Source: Octopus bimaculoides (taxonomy: Eukaryota). Taken from it: 64,000 nt of DNA. Below, in pieces: positions 22,915-35,584 of this stretch. Positions within the stretch are counted from its first letter, which is position 1. Each line of letters starts with the position of its first letter. The stretch is from NCBI RefSeq assembly GCF_001194135.2, contig NC_068983.1, positions 166,612,574 through 166,676,573 of the forward strand, in the 5' to 3' direction. The position numbers and the translations under genes were made by a program. The notes below the pieces were generated by a model that made no database searches, had not been told where the DNA came from, and saw only the letters and a program-made list of their open reading frames with translations.

Positions 22915-25900
22915 CATCTAAAGGCTTTTGCCAGAGCCTGACATTAGGGTGTGGTGGGTGGGGTTGGGTGTCACTGTATTCCACTAAAGTTAGGGTTTCT
23001 GTCTGTGTGATGTGGGGGAGTGTACTTGTTATACTTGAAATTAAACTGCCATTACTGAATATTCCCCCCCCCCAACACCACTCCACTGTTCCTTGTCTGA
23101 AAGGATGGGGAGTCACCAGCTGCAACAGATTAGATGTTAAAAAAAAAATCAAAAAAACCCCAAAATTCAAATTTTCTGTAATGTCCACATCAAAATATCT
23201 TTCCCTGAACTGTTTGGGTCTTCCACGAATGAATGTGACGTGTTTGCCATCAGTGACCGATGGCCAATGTATATTTTTGCCAGCATGAGTAAGTATCAAG
23301 AAATATGGCATAGAATAATTATAATTTAATTTCATCAACTTTCTTGGTGTTTATACAAAATGATGAAATGGATACTAGTTTTCAAAAGAAACATTTATTA
23401 AAATAAAAACAAATTTCTCATTTGTATAACCCCCCACCCACCAACTACTCTCATTTATTCCTTTTACTTATTTCAACATTATATTTTTCTGTGGCTGAGT
23501 ATACCAAACATTGACATTTGCATAAATTATTGAGAAGAGGGACCGTTTTCCTACAACACGTTCAGATAGAAATAACAGCCAAATGGAAGTAGAGAACAGG
23601 TTTATAACCAGTTTTCCAACAACGGATGACCTGGTCCCCCTTTTAATTATGTGAGGACACCATTGTTGAACCCGCTTTTGGTACGAAGCCTTCACAACAC
23701 AAACTTGTTTCTTCTTAAGTAACAGGAAGGCACAAACACTCCCTTTACCTCACTGTAATAATAATAATAATAATAATAATATGGAAGGTTGGAATGTTTA
23801 AAACAAAACCTAACCCCTAAGAACCCTCACTCTGAAGAATAAGTTAATAGATGACTTCATTGCAGAGAATAGAGTATCCCAGCATGGAAGAGGAAAAGGT
23901 AAAGATATCTGCCCTTCACAGTTGTTTCAAGAGAGGGTTAGGGCCCAGTGGTTAGGAAGGTTAGTAGAGGGCATTAGATTTTGTTATCTTTATATAATTA
24001 TAGTTGAAGGCTTGGAAGAATATTTCCAACCCTAGAACCTGTTTTTAGTGAATAAACCAAGATATATCTTGAAGGTTTAGTAGTGAAAAAAGTTCATAAC
24101 ATGTCAGCTGTCTTCTAGGAATTTACAATTATTGTTATCTGATTCCTTTTAATCAAACGAAATGGATAATCTGGCATGGCTCTGTTAGCAAAGGTGCCAG
24201 TAAATTGCTAATCTACCTGTATTTCTTTATTAAACTGTTATTTTCATTGATGTCTTTTTACTGCAGCAGATGTGACCCCAGTTAGGGTCCTGTTTGTAAA
24301 TGTTTCATTTCAAGATGCTTTTCATATTAAGAAAACATGAATGTCACCAATTCCATTTTCTTATCAATGCAAATTAATCTGATATGTCAATGCTGCCGGA
24401 CTGGCACCCGTGCTGATGGCACATGAAAAGTGCCATTCGAGTGTGGCCAGTGGCAGTCATGTTGGTGGCACGTACCCACTACAATTTTGGAGTAGTTATC
24501 GTTGGGAAGGGCATCCAGCTGTTGAAACCTTGTCAGATCAGACTGGAGCCTGGTGCAGCCTCTTGGTTTGCCAGTCTTCAGTCAAACCATCCAACCCATG
24601 CCAGCATGGAAAGCAGACATTAAATGACGACGATGATGATGTAAGTTAATCTGATTGCCCAATGATGGATATTTCTGATCCTGAAAGTTCAATAAACCAA
24701 TAATATTGATTATAAGAGTGTATTGGGGTGATATTTGTTTTACTGCATGTTTAGCTGGAAATTTTCTATTCTGATTTCAGTTTTGTCCCAAGTTTGCATT
24801 AAAACATTGGACCGTTTTGTGCTTTGGCACCAGATTCATTCCTCCTGAAACATTCTGCCCTTGTTTCAATTAATTCTGAAGATAAGGAAGAATTTAGTTT
24901 AAAAAAAAAAGGAAAGAAACTATTGACTTAATTAATCTGGTTTTTAGAACATGAATAAATATGGAATTTTGATCAAAGATTTTGATTTCGATCATTTTAA
25001 AAACAGGAGCCAATGACTGTCTCAGGTGGTTTGATATTAAAAAAGGTTAAAAACCAGAGAAGTTATTTAGAAATTTCAAACATGTAATATACAAAAAGAC
25101 TTTTAAAAATGTTAGAATAGCCTTGTTAAAACCAGAATAGAGTTAATTGCTGAAGAACTGACTAAATATGATCAAAGAAAGCAGTGTATATGAGATCAGC
25201 CCACATGAGAAAATGTGTTTTATTTTGCTGTTGGCTTCTGAAAGCAGCCAGACAAGTGATTGGGATTTTGTTTTTTGTTATGGAAAGCAGTTTGCATTAA
25301 ATATGCAGTTGTTGTTGTTGTGTTAAGACAAAAGAGTTTTAGAGGAACGCAATGGTGAATGGATTTCAGTTGGAGCCAGCACAAGTTGGTTGGTAGTTTT
25401 TAGTTTATTTTGTGATGAGAATCCGGAATAAAATTTATTGAAAATCAATTTTAAAAAATCTGAAGATTCAGAATAAAGTTGTGTTATATAAATATATTAG
25501 ACGAAGGTTCAATATTGAAGTTGAAGTGTTTAATTTTAATTGCTTCTTGTGTGGAAAGAAACTTTAAACATGAATTAAGCTTAGAGTTGTAAAATAATAA
25601 TAATAATAATAATGGTTTCAAATTTTGCCTCAAGGACAGCAAATCTTTGTGAGAGGGGGATGAGTCGATTATATTGACCCAGTGTTCAACTGGTACTTAC
25701 TTTATCAACTCCGAAAGGATGAAAGGTAAAGTTGACCTCGGTGGAATTTGAACTCAGAATGTAATGGCAGGCAAAATACTGCTAACCATTCTGCCAGCTC
25801 ACCACCTTGGACAACAACAGCAACAACAGCAACAATAAGAATAAGAATAATAATATTGACTCACAGGGATACAAATTAATTATTGTATCATTGATGTTGT

Positions 25901-27221
25901 ATTAAAGAATTGAAGTAACCTTTCAGTGGATTAATTAATCCCTCACCTCGTTTAGATTCTCGACTCTGATTATTTCAATTCACTCTTTGATAAAATAGAA
26001 ATATTACAGTCAACTCAAGCAATTCAGAGTTTGTGCTGGGGTGGATGGGGGTGGTGGACAGGGAAACTGCATCCTGTACAGTGTATGGAAGGGGTTGGCT
26101 TTAAGAAGGGCGTGCAGTGATAGACACCATGCCAAGACCTGAAACATTCAAGCAAGACTTGATCCCCTCATTGGATCCTCACACCACCCAACACACACGC
26201 CAGCATGGAAAACAGATCCAGAACAATGATGATGATGATGATGCTGATGTCTCAGTTTCTGGCAGGGGGTTCTATGACTGGTTGCCCTTCCTAACATCAA
26301 CCACTCTGTAGAATGTTCTGAGTACATTTTTCATGGCATCCACATGGTAAAGGGTGCCTTGTCTTTGGTCGGATTAAAGAACCATTTCAAGTCGTGTGAG
26401 GTTGTTGCTTAATTTGATTTACCATCAGTGTCGGAGGGGTTTCTTTTGTCCTTTGTGGTGCCGACGACACTAGTGGGGTCAGTTTGTCAGCTCACAAAGT
26501 CCCGTGGTGGATGGGAGAGATTCATTATTTTGAGGGAAATGACTGGAGAGAAAAGAGGAGAGGAAGTAGTGTTGGGGTGGGAGTGATAGAGGGGAAGAAG
26601 GATGTCAGGAATGAATGTAAAAGAGAGGAAGAAAACAAAAGGGTGAGAGTGGGTTGAGTAGGTCCACCTTTTCAAGAGTTTTGCAGTTCTCATTCAGATA
26701 TTAGGTGTGGATGTGTGGTTAGGGGACTTGCTTGCCAACCATGTGATCTTTAGTTCGGTCCCACTGCTTGCCACTTTTAGCAATGTCTTCTGTTGCCCAA
26801 AGCCTTGCAAGTGGATTTGGTAAATGGAAATTGAATGAAGCCCTATTTTGTTTCTCTACCACTGTCTTGACATCACATGATCACTGTAAATGAATATCAA
26901 CATAATAAAAGGTGATATGGTTTGCTTTCAGTCTTCCATGCAAACCATGTCTGGTCTCAGGGGAAATAACTTTGGTTGGAGACAGGCGAGGGTTGGCAAC
27001 AGGAAGAGCACCTGGCCAGAGAAAAATCTATCTTAACAATCCCTGTCTGAGCTAAAATGGAAATGATGATGATCTTTGTTCTGTGAATTGATTGTTCCTT
27101 GTTCTGAAGGAAAGTTTTCATTGTTTACAATATTTAGAAATCTGTTTTGTATTTGCTTGTTTTCTTTCTTTTTTCTTTTTTTCTTTTTTTGACATACTTT
27201 TATTATATTTGTTTTCTTCAG

Positions 27222-27418
27222 AGGGTTTTAAAGAAGCTGCTGAAAAATTCCGAGTGGAATCAGGTATTCAGCCTTCAGTGGATTTGGATCAACTGGATGA
27301 GAGGATTAAGATTCGAGATGCTATACAGAATGGTCGTATCCAAGAAGCCATTTCACTTGTTAATAGTCTCCATCCAGAGTTGCTAGACAATGATCGTTAT
27401 CTCTATTTTCACCTGCAG
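27222..27418 (+). CDS. GID8: GID8 coding exon 2 (LisH end/CTLH motif)
   Basis: TTCTTCAG acceptor. Phase-1 junction restores GAG (E), then [68 protein letters not shown]|GTAA donor. Confidence 0.97.
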
Positions 27419-29712
27419 GTAACACCTACAACAAACGCTTTTGTTATCTCAATTTAAGGGGCTGGGGTTTATTGATTTTTATTGGTAATTCACCCCCCCC
27501 CCATTTAATTTCACGTAATACATTTTTGATATCATTTCAGTGAAGTTTCTTTCTGTATCACAATATACACCTTCCTGGGACCTGGCTGTCATAGGACCTT
27601 TTATAGCAATATTTTGCACACCCTCTTCAGACCTGATCATCACAGGATCTTCTGTTACAGTATGTTTGATAATAAAACTNNNNNNNNNNNNNNNNNNNNN
27701 NNNNNNNNNNNNNNNNNNNNNNNNNNNCCCACCCCCACACCCACACCCAAAATGCCAATGCCAAGTGGATAATCCTTTTTAATCCCACATTTCTTGTGAC
27801 TGAGGTTTCCATTTCTTTGCTTCACTTCATAGATTGAGATGAAGATTACATATTTACAGCTGGTTTTCTTGCACAATATCCTTGTCATGTCTGTAACTGC
27901 TGCCTTCCCTTATCCTCCACCCCACCCACCCAAACACTAGGCTCACCTCCTTCCTCCTACACACGTCCCTACTCCATTCTTACCATCATCACTCCCCTCC
28001 ACCACACACATATTTGTATTTACCATTTCATCCGTTAGCATTTAAACCAGCCATGTTAGAACCAAATATTCTATTTTGTGTTCAAGCTGGCCAGATCCCA
28101 CCTCTCACACCTACCCTACAATGTCGTTCTAAAAATAAAACAATTACATCTCAAAGCTCCAAGATAATGCATGACCATTACATTTGGTAGAGGAATCTGA
28201 ATGCCAGAGTTAAATCCAACTTTCATTCTCCCTTTAAGCTGATCCTTCCTCACCCAAACATTCATCCCTCCATCACTCACCTGTTTGCTAAAGGATTCTC
28301 TTGCTGTAAATCATGAAAGCACAACCTCTTACTATATATACTCTTTCACTATCCCTGTACTGCATCCATCCATCCTCCGTCTCTTCCAACCTTGCCCACC
28401 TTTACTGATCCTTCTGTCTCCACACTTTTTTTTTTCTGCTCCTCTTCTTGAGTTTGTCACCTTCATGGTACGATGTCCCACCCCCTCATCACCCCTTTAT
28501 TTACCTCTCTTTCTGGGCCACTCCAGCCACCCGTGTAAACTCTCAAAGTTGCTAAGTCTCTCCCCCGCAAGCAATAAACCTTTGCCTGCCCCTCCCCTCA
28601 AACTTGAACTCTCAACACCAACCAGACTCTTTCCTTTCACAGACGACAAGCCAACCTCACTTGTGCTGGTGAAACGGGGAAAATGCATTCAATGTGTGGC
28701 TGTGAGGAGGGAACAAGGACAGTAGAAAGGTCTGGTTGGGGTTGGAACCCTTGTTTTATTCAGAATCTGCTGGGAGGACTGTCCATAGACATGCAACCAG
28801 TGGAATGCCCTGTCTCAGTCACCATGTCTTCCCTGCAGTACTTCTCTAGTCATTGACTCACTAAGCTCTCAACATGGAGCAACTGTCATGATAGAAGCCC
28901 ACAAAATTGTCCATCATCTTTTCAACAACATGATTATAAAATTTTTTTTAAATCTGCAGCATCCATGATTTTCAGAAACATTTTTCACATAAATTGTCAA
29001 AGTATGGAATAAATTTTATCAGCCATAAGCTGTCAGGACAATACATCCTTCAAAAATCCCATGCTTCCCAAATTTCACCAACATTATTCCTGACATGCCC
29101 ATCCACCCTTTCATCTTTAGGACTCTTTTCATGTTCACTTTTATGTTTTATTCTGTCTACAATACACGTACTTCTAGTTTTCATTTCTATTTCCTTTCTT
29201 TGCTTGACTTAAATGATGTCTTTCTGTCATCTCGTTAACCTTTTCTGATCAGTTGTAGCACACCTGAGCACTGCATACAATAAAGATCATTATAAAGTTA
29301 TTCACTGGTTAGGTTTGGGGTGGTGAGGTAGGAGTGTCAGTGTAGAGAACAATCAACAAGTAAATATAAAACATCCAGTCCACACTGTGAAGTGGTTGGC
29401 ATTTTGGAAGGGCTCCCAGCTGTAAAAACCTTGCCGAAACTGACCCCACCTGTGCTTGTGCCACATAAAAAGCACCAAGTCCATTCTGCTGAGCGGTTGG
29501 TGTTAAGAAGGGCATCCAGCTGTAAAAATCCTGCCAAAAACAGTCACAGAAGTCTGGTGCTGGCTTCTGCCTGGCCGGCTCTTGTCAAACCATCCCACCC
29601 ATATCAGCATGGAAGGTGGACATTAAATGATGATTACAACCAAAAGTATTGTTAGAAATGTCTTGACTGATGTGTTCAGGAAGATTTGTGTCTGCTGAGG
29701 ACAGAATGATTT

Positions 29713-30397
29713 NNNNNNNNNNNNNNNNNNNNNNNNNNNNNNNNNNNNNNNNNNNNNNNNNNNNNNNNNNNNNNNNNNNNNNNNNNNNNNNNNNNNNNNN
29801 NNNNNNNNNNNNNNNNNNNNNNNNNNNNNNNNNNNNNNNNNNNNNNNNNNNNNNNNNNNNNNNNNNNNNNNNNNNNNNNNNNNNNNNNNNNNNNNNNNNN
29901 NNNNNNNNNNNNNNNNNNNNNNNNNNNNNNNNNNNNNNNNNNNNNNNNNNNNNNNNNNNNNNNNNNNNNNNNNNNNNNNNNNNNNNNNNNNNNNNNNNNN
30001 NNNNNNNNNNNNNNNNNNNNNNNNNNNNNNNNNNNNNNNNNNNNNNNNNNNNNNNNNNNNNNNNNNNNNNNNNNNNNNNNNNNNNNNNNNNNNNNNNNNN
30101 NNNNNNNNNNNNNNNNNNNNNNNNNNNNNNNNNNNNNNNNNNNNNNNNNNNNNNNNNNNNNNNNNNNNNNNNNNNNNNNNNNNNNNNNNNNNNNNNNNNN
30201 NNNNNNNNNNNNNNNNNNNNNNNNNNNNNNNNNNNNNNNNNNNNNNNNNNNNNNNNNNNNNNNNNNNNNNNNNNNNNNNNNNNNNNNNNNNNNNNNNNNN
30301 NNNNNNNNNNNNNNNNNNNNNNNNNNNNNNNNNNNNNNNNNNNNNNNNNNNNNNNNNNNNNNNNNNNNNNNNNNNNNNNNNNNNNNNNNNNNNNNNG
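29713..30397. other. Assembly gap (685 N) in GID8 intron
   Basis: N run; likely location of the missing GID8 coding segment. Confidence 1.
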
Positions 30398-31644
30398 GGG
30401 GGGGGGGATTAAAAATGATTGGCACAGAATTTAGGAAGTCAAATGAAGTTTTACTGGGAGTGGAAGACATTATTGTGCATCAAAGGTAGATAACTTAGCT
30501 TTGGCTGATGGAATTAATGTCTTAGAGTAGAGATTATTCCAATATGTTTCTCTAGAAATGGCTTTGAGAAGAATTTACAATTGCTTGAAATCATCGTCAT
30601 CGTTTAACGTCCGTTTTCGAATGCTGGCATGGGTTGGACAGAAATATATAATACTTTTAATTCAGGCTGATCATCTTCATTGAACCTCCATCTTTGCAGA
30701 CAGTTCAAGAAGTTCTGATGAGTCAGAAGACTTCGTTGAGCTCCAATTTCTGCTTTGGCTGGATTTCCTTGGCTAGAAGCCCTTCCTAACACTTGAGTGT
30801 ACTGGGTGCTTTTTATGTAACACTGATACTAGTGAACTCACAAGATAACCCTAACCCCTCGACTGTGTCGTGCATTTTCTTTCCATCCATATTTCTTCTT
30901 GCTGACATAAGTCAGAATCTTTGTTATTGAGGCAAATTGTACAAGTAGCAGAGCCACTAAATTTCATTCGATATTGAAACACTGTGGTGAGTTATTTTAA
31001 TCCAACCAGGCCCTCCACTAATTTATGTCCTTAGACTGTTCTCAGAATCATTATTTTCTAACATAAAACAATTCTATGAGTATCCTTACAACTAGACGTT
31101 GTCCCTTTATGGGAATGGCATTTTCTGTTTGATTAAAGCAAGTTAAATAAATATATTTTGATAAAACAACTTGAACTCATGATGTGGCAATCTGTAGTTC
31201 AGTTTATTAATTGCTAATTAACATATTTAATGCTTTCACCAATCATTATGTAAACACTGACTTAGATTAGTTCAGAGAAAAACTCCACATAAAAAAAGGG
31301 AGCCTTTTTGCTTTACCTCCTCCTATAGATATTTCTTCCCCCATCGCTTCTACTCACCGTACACCTTAAGGGTCCACTATTTTAACTCTTTCCAGCTTCC
31401 TCTCAGTCTCTCTTCCATAAAAGGAGTTGCTGTGAGCCTCTCTCCTTTCCACTCTTGCCCACCTCAGTTGAAGGAGTTTTTAGTCTTGCAAGCTGTATGG
31501 TAACTTCACTAGTGCTGCTGGCATGAAAAGGGACCCAGAACATGCTCTGAGGTAGTTTGGTGTTAAGAAAGGCATCCTGCTGCAGAAGTCAGACCGAAGC
31601 AAACATTGACACACAAATTGACCCATCAAACCATGTCAAATATA

Positions 31645-32168
31645 CGAGGGTGAGTCAAAAAGTAATGATCCATTTTGTTTAGGACAGGTATAATTACCAA
31701 CACAGGAACATGTATCATACATCAAAATGAAGCTGGTCCTCTGTGGATCACATCCCTACTTCTCAACATAGTCACCGTTTCTCTCAATAGCAATGTTCCA
31801 CCTTCAAATGAGAGCATGTATCCCTGCCCCGTAAAATTCTGTTGACTGTTCTTTGAGCCACTTCTTCACTACAAAGTCAAAGTGACAAAACCTTTTTTCA
31901 AAGGCTCATAACAGGTGATGAAACATGGGTTCATCATTATGAACCAGAATCAAAGAGGCAGTCAATGCAATGGCACCACCACCGAAAATGTTCAAGATGC
32001 AAAAGTCAGCTGGAAAAACCATGGGGACTGTCTTTTGGGATGCTGAAGGTGTCATTCTGGTCGACTTCTTGCCAAAAAGAAAAACAAAACTTCATTTTGA
32101 TACATGTTCCTGTGTTGGTAATTATACCTGTCCTAAACAAAATGACATTACTTTTTGACTCACCCTCG
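31645..32168. mobile_element. Rearranged non-autonomous mariner element with two 3' ends, TA TSD, nested in a SINE
   Basis: Perfect 23-bp TIR CGAGGGTGAGTCAAAAAGTAATG extended to ~72-bp inverted repeats, with TA on both sides. The + fragment encodes LITGDETWVHHYEPESKRQSMQW and VFWDAEGVILVDFL; the - fragment (31756-31870) encodes WLKEQSTEFYGAGIHALI*RWNIAIERNGDYVEK*. Confidence 0.9.
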
Positions 32169-32369
32169 TATCTTCTTACCAACATGGAAAACGGATGTTA
32201 AATAATGATCCAGTGATTCTTAATTTAAACTTATTAGTGATATATAACTTAATGTCTGTATTCCAGGCTACCATGGGTCAGATACTTTGATAGGAGCCGA
32301 GGGTCTGCATTGGTGTTCAGTGTCTGCCCTCCCTAATGTCAACTACTTTACAGAAAGTATTGGACATAC

Positions 32370-32905
32370 TTTTTCACAGCACCAGTTCTTGTGAAGTTAC
32401 CAAATAACCAGAAAGACAAAACCTGTTGACAGGGTGGCTTTGTGCTAGGTGTCGAGAGGAGCAAGGAACAGGTGTCTCGTTGTAGAGGAGATATATGGTT
32501 ACCTCAGCAGGGAAGGGAGAAAAGGGACAGAGAAACAAGGATGGATGGGAAGATAGGTTCACAAGAGGGACAATCAATAGAGATGCAGTGGACGTGGCTG
32601 GAGGCTTGGACAGTGGTGAATTTCAGTTTAAGGGAAGATGAAGGAAAATAGTAGGTGTGTGCCAGAGGGTTTGCAAATCCAATGGGGGACTTAAAAGACA
32701 TGTTAGGATCCACAATGAGCAGAACTTACTTGCAGGTATTGGTAGTGCAAATCAGAGGTGCAATCTGTGTGGGTGTTTTCTCAAAACACTGTCTGGTTTA
32801 AAAAGCCACATCAGACGCCATGAAAGGGCTAAGGTGTAGGTGCAGGAGGTGGTCAAACTGTTTAAGGAGTAGACAACCACCATATATATATATATATATA
32901 TATGT
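32370..32905 (+). mobile_element. Probable LINE (RTE-like) 3' end with two C2H2 zinc-finger motifs and (TA)n tail
   Basis: CQRVCKSNGGLKRHVRIH and CNLCGCFLKTLSGLKSHIRRH* at 32657-32839; degenerate purine-rich upstream frame; short 3' tail then (TA)n. Confidence 0.55.
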
Positions 32906-33270
32906 ATGCCACACCCCATTCTTTTAGAGGATCTTTGTCTCGCAAGTTATCAGTGACATCACCAGTTCATTCTGTAAAGTGTTTGGCATTAGGAAGGACG
33001 TCTAACCATAAAAGAAGCGTGGGACCTTAGTGCAGTCCTGTCAAACTGTCCAATCCATGCCAGCGTGGAAGACGTTAAATGATGATGATATTTGGCATCA
33101 GTGATGGTTATAAATTACATTGAAAAGACCTGTGTTTGGGAAATTTTAAATTCTTTCACTCAAAACTCTGCTAAAGCACCCCATGTTGTTGTTGTTGTAT
33201 AGATTGTAACCATTGTATTGGGGGGGGGGGGTTGTTTTCCTTTTGCTCACACTCGTTTGTTTAATTGCAG

Positions 33271-33435
33271 GTTGCTAGTGAGCTTAATGCTGCTATTTTG
33301 GATGTTGATTCCACCCCTAAACTTGCAAATCTTCTCAAGTTATTGTTATGGGCCCAAGAGGAATTAGACAAGAAGAAAGTGAAATATCCCAAACTGGTTG
33401 ATTTGGCCAAAGGAGAGATTGACTTCCCAAAATAA
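33271..33435 (+). CDS. GID8: GID8 last coding exon (CRA C-terminus, stop)
   Basis: TTGCAG acceptor; [54 protein letters not shown], matching the GID8 C-terminus [28 protein letters not shown]. Not in the ORF track. Confidence 0.96.
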   Translation, partial: VASELNAAILDVDSTPKLANLLKLLLWAQEELDKKKVKYPKLVDLAKGEIDFPK

Positions 33436-33447
33436 TTGATTTCCCGG

Positions 33448-33479
<32 letters not shown>

Positions 33480-35334
33480 NNNNNNNNNNNNNNNNNNGGT
33501 CTATCCAGGAAAAAAAAAAAAAAACGACTATCTAAATGAACTGATATTTAGAAGAACTAATTTTGGGGACATCGAGTGAGACCAATCAGTTGGAAGTTGG
33601 CGGGGTTTACCATTTGTTTCCAAACCAGATTTGGTAAATATTTATGGTTTATTGTATATTGACATTTCTTTAAATATTTGTTGCTATGACAACAGCAAAT
33701 TTCAGTTGTTTTCTAATAAGAGCTTCTGGAAATTTTAACTGCACACTTCATGTGACTCTTTTCACCCATCAAACAATAAAAGTTTTTTTTTTTGTTAACT
33801 TATTTTAAACCAATATCTTCATTTGTTTATTACTTACAAACAACTCTCTCCAAATTTGGTTTTATTCTCAACCACAAGACATGTTAACCTTTTGCTTACA
33901 AATTCCTTTGGTGAATTACTTTCGTGTTAGCATCATTTCGACAACACGTCTCTCTTTTCCTTCCCATCACCAAAGCAGTCATTTCCCTTGCACACATCAT
34001 CATCAGCTGCTTTTCATAATCAACAACCATTTTTGTTTTGCCTTCCTCACAAAATTCATGTTTGTCTACCTTTCATCTGGTCCACTTTTGATCAATTTAA
34101 CAAATCTTCCACCTCCCCACAAACCCTGCCATCATTGATACAATTCTTTGATTACTCTAACAGATCTAAACTTCTAGCATTTATTTTATTTTTAACAGAA
34201 AAGGAGAAAAACTCCAGTAAAAGCCCTTTAGTTTTCTTTTTGCTGATTTGTATTCTTTAAAACATCTTTGAGCAATTCAAAAGCATTTGAACTCAGGAAG
34301 AAATGCCACAAAGCAGTTTGTTCAGTGCTAATGACTGCCAGTGCATTAATGACAGCATAAACTGAGTGACAATAACAACTGAACAGAAGCCATCGGTTGA
34401 ATTTTGACTGTCTCCCTCCATAAATTCTTAAACTGCTTCAACAAGCAACTTCTCAATATTAAAGCTATTAACCTTTTTTTGTTGAAATGTTGCCTTTGTT
34501 TATAATAATGAAGAACTGTCATTATTAAATTGGTGTGTTTAGGACATAAAAATTTCATTTTAAAACAAGATGGTGTCAGACAGGCTGTTTAAAAAACAAA
34601 AAAACAAAGTGACATTCTTTGTTTAAATGGGATCAATAGGATTTTCAAGTATCTCTACAAAATCTTTCACAAATATGATGGGGGCAGCATATCTAAATAA
34701 CCTAGAATTAATGTTGCAGTAGAATTTAAATAACTTAAAGCATTGCTTTATTTATGCAGACAAAATAATAATCTTGTTGAATAGAATTGTTTTGTAGTGA
34801 TGCTGACAGCTCAATTATACAGTGTTGTAGATCTTAAACTTAACTGTAACACCCTGCAAATGGTCCGTTTTGAAAGAAATATCAAATACCAAGCAAGCAG
34901 TTTTAAAAACAATTTTATTGTTAAATAAAAATGTCAAACATTGTATGATTTATGTAAATTTTCTTCCTTTAGATGTAATGGATAAGAAATAACATTGTTA
35001 TAATTAGACAGCTGTTTTTGCTTTGTATTGGACAGACCCTGGTTTCAGATATCCACAATAGTTAGGGCAGTGTTCTAAATTTAGTCGTCTACTTTTGCTT
35101 TCTTTTTAATCAATGTTTTATAAACCATTATGACTGAAACAAACCCACAGCAAATCTCTGTATTTGTTTTGCGGCCAAAATATTTCAACAACAAAGTGGG
35201 GGGGGGGTATTAAAAGTTATAAAATTGGTTGAGTTATTGTTAATAAATTTAATATTTCAACTGGAATGTCGAAAAGAAATTTTCAAGAAGTTGCTCCTCA
35301 TAAAAATTGAGGTATTCTACAAAATGTAATACTT

Positions 35335-35430
35335 TTAGCCCTGGAAAACTGCATGAAAACATTTGCTCTCAGAACCTTCTGACAAACACGTCACAGGAAC
35401 CAATGGATGTTTGGAATCTTTCAGATAATT
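35335..35430 (-). CDS. Gelsolin-like terminal exon (stop)
   Basis: NYLKDSKHPLVPVTCLSEGSESKCFHAVFQG*; TTTTCCAG acceptor; matches the C-terminus of three-domain gelsolin-like proteins (YLxxxxHPLxPxxxxxEG). Confidence 0.94.
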   Translation of the reverse strand, partial: NYLKDSKHPLVPVTCLSEGSESKCFHAVFQG

Positions 35431-35584
35431 CTGGAAAATATAAAAATAGAAGTATGTATAGTTTTAGTTACAAGGGATCCTATAAAGAATCAAGGCATAT
35501 CAAACTGAAGCACCCCACTAATTGGTTAGACAATCATTACCATTCTATATTTTTGAAATGAGGAATTCTGTACATTATTTAAAA

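Noticed and set aside
21671-23338. Long ORFs of 295-434 aa in the track
   Set aside because: Artefacts of reading through N runs; the same applies at 29670-30470, 38101-38754 and 41942-42659.
32657-32839. Host C2H2 zinc-finger gene
   Set aside because: No ATG or splice context, no TGEKP linker, and a retroelement-type tail.
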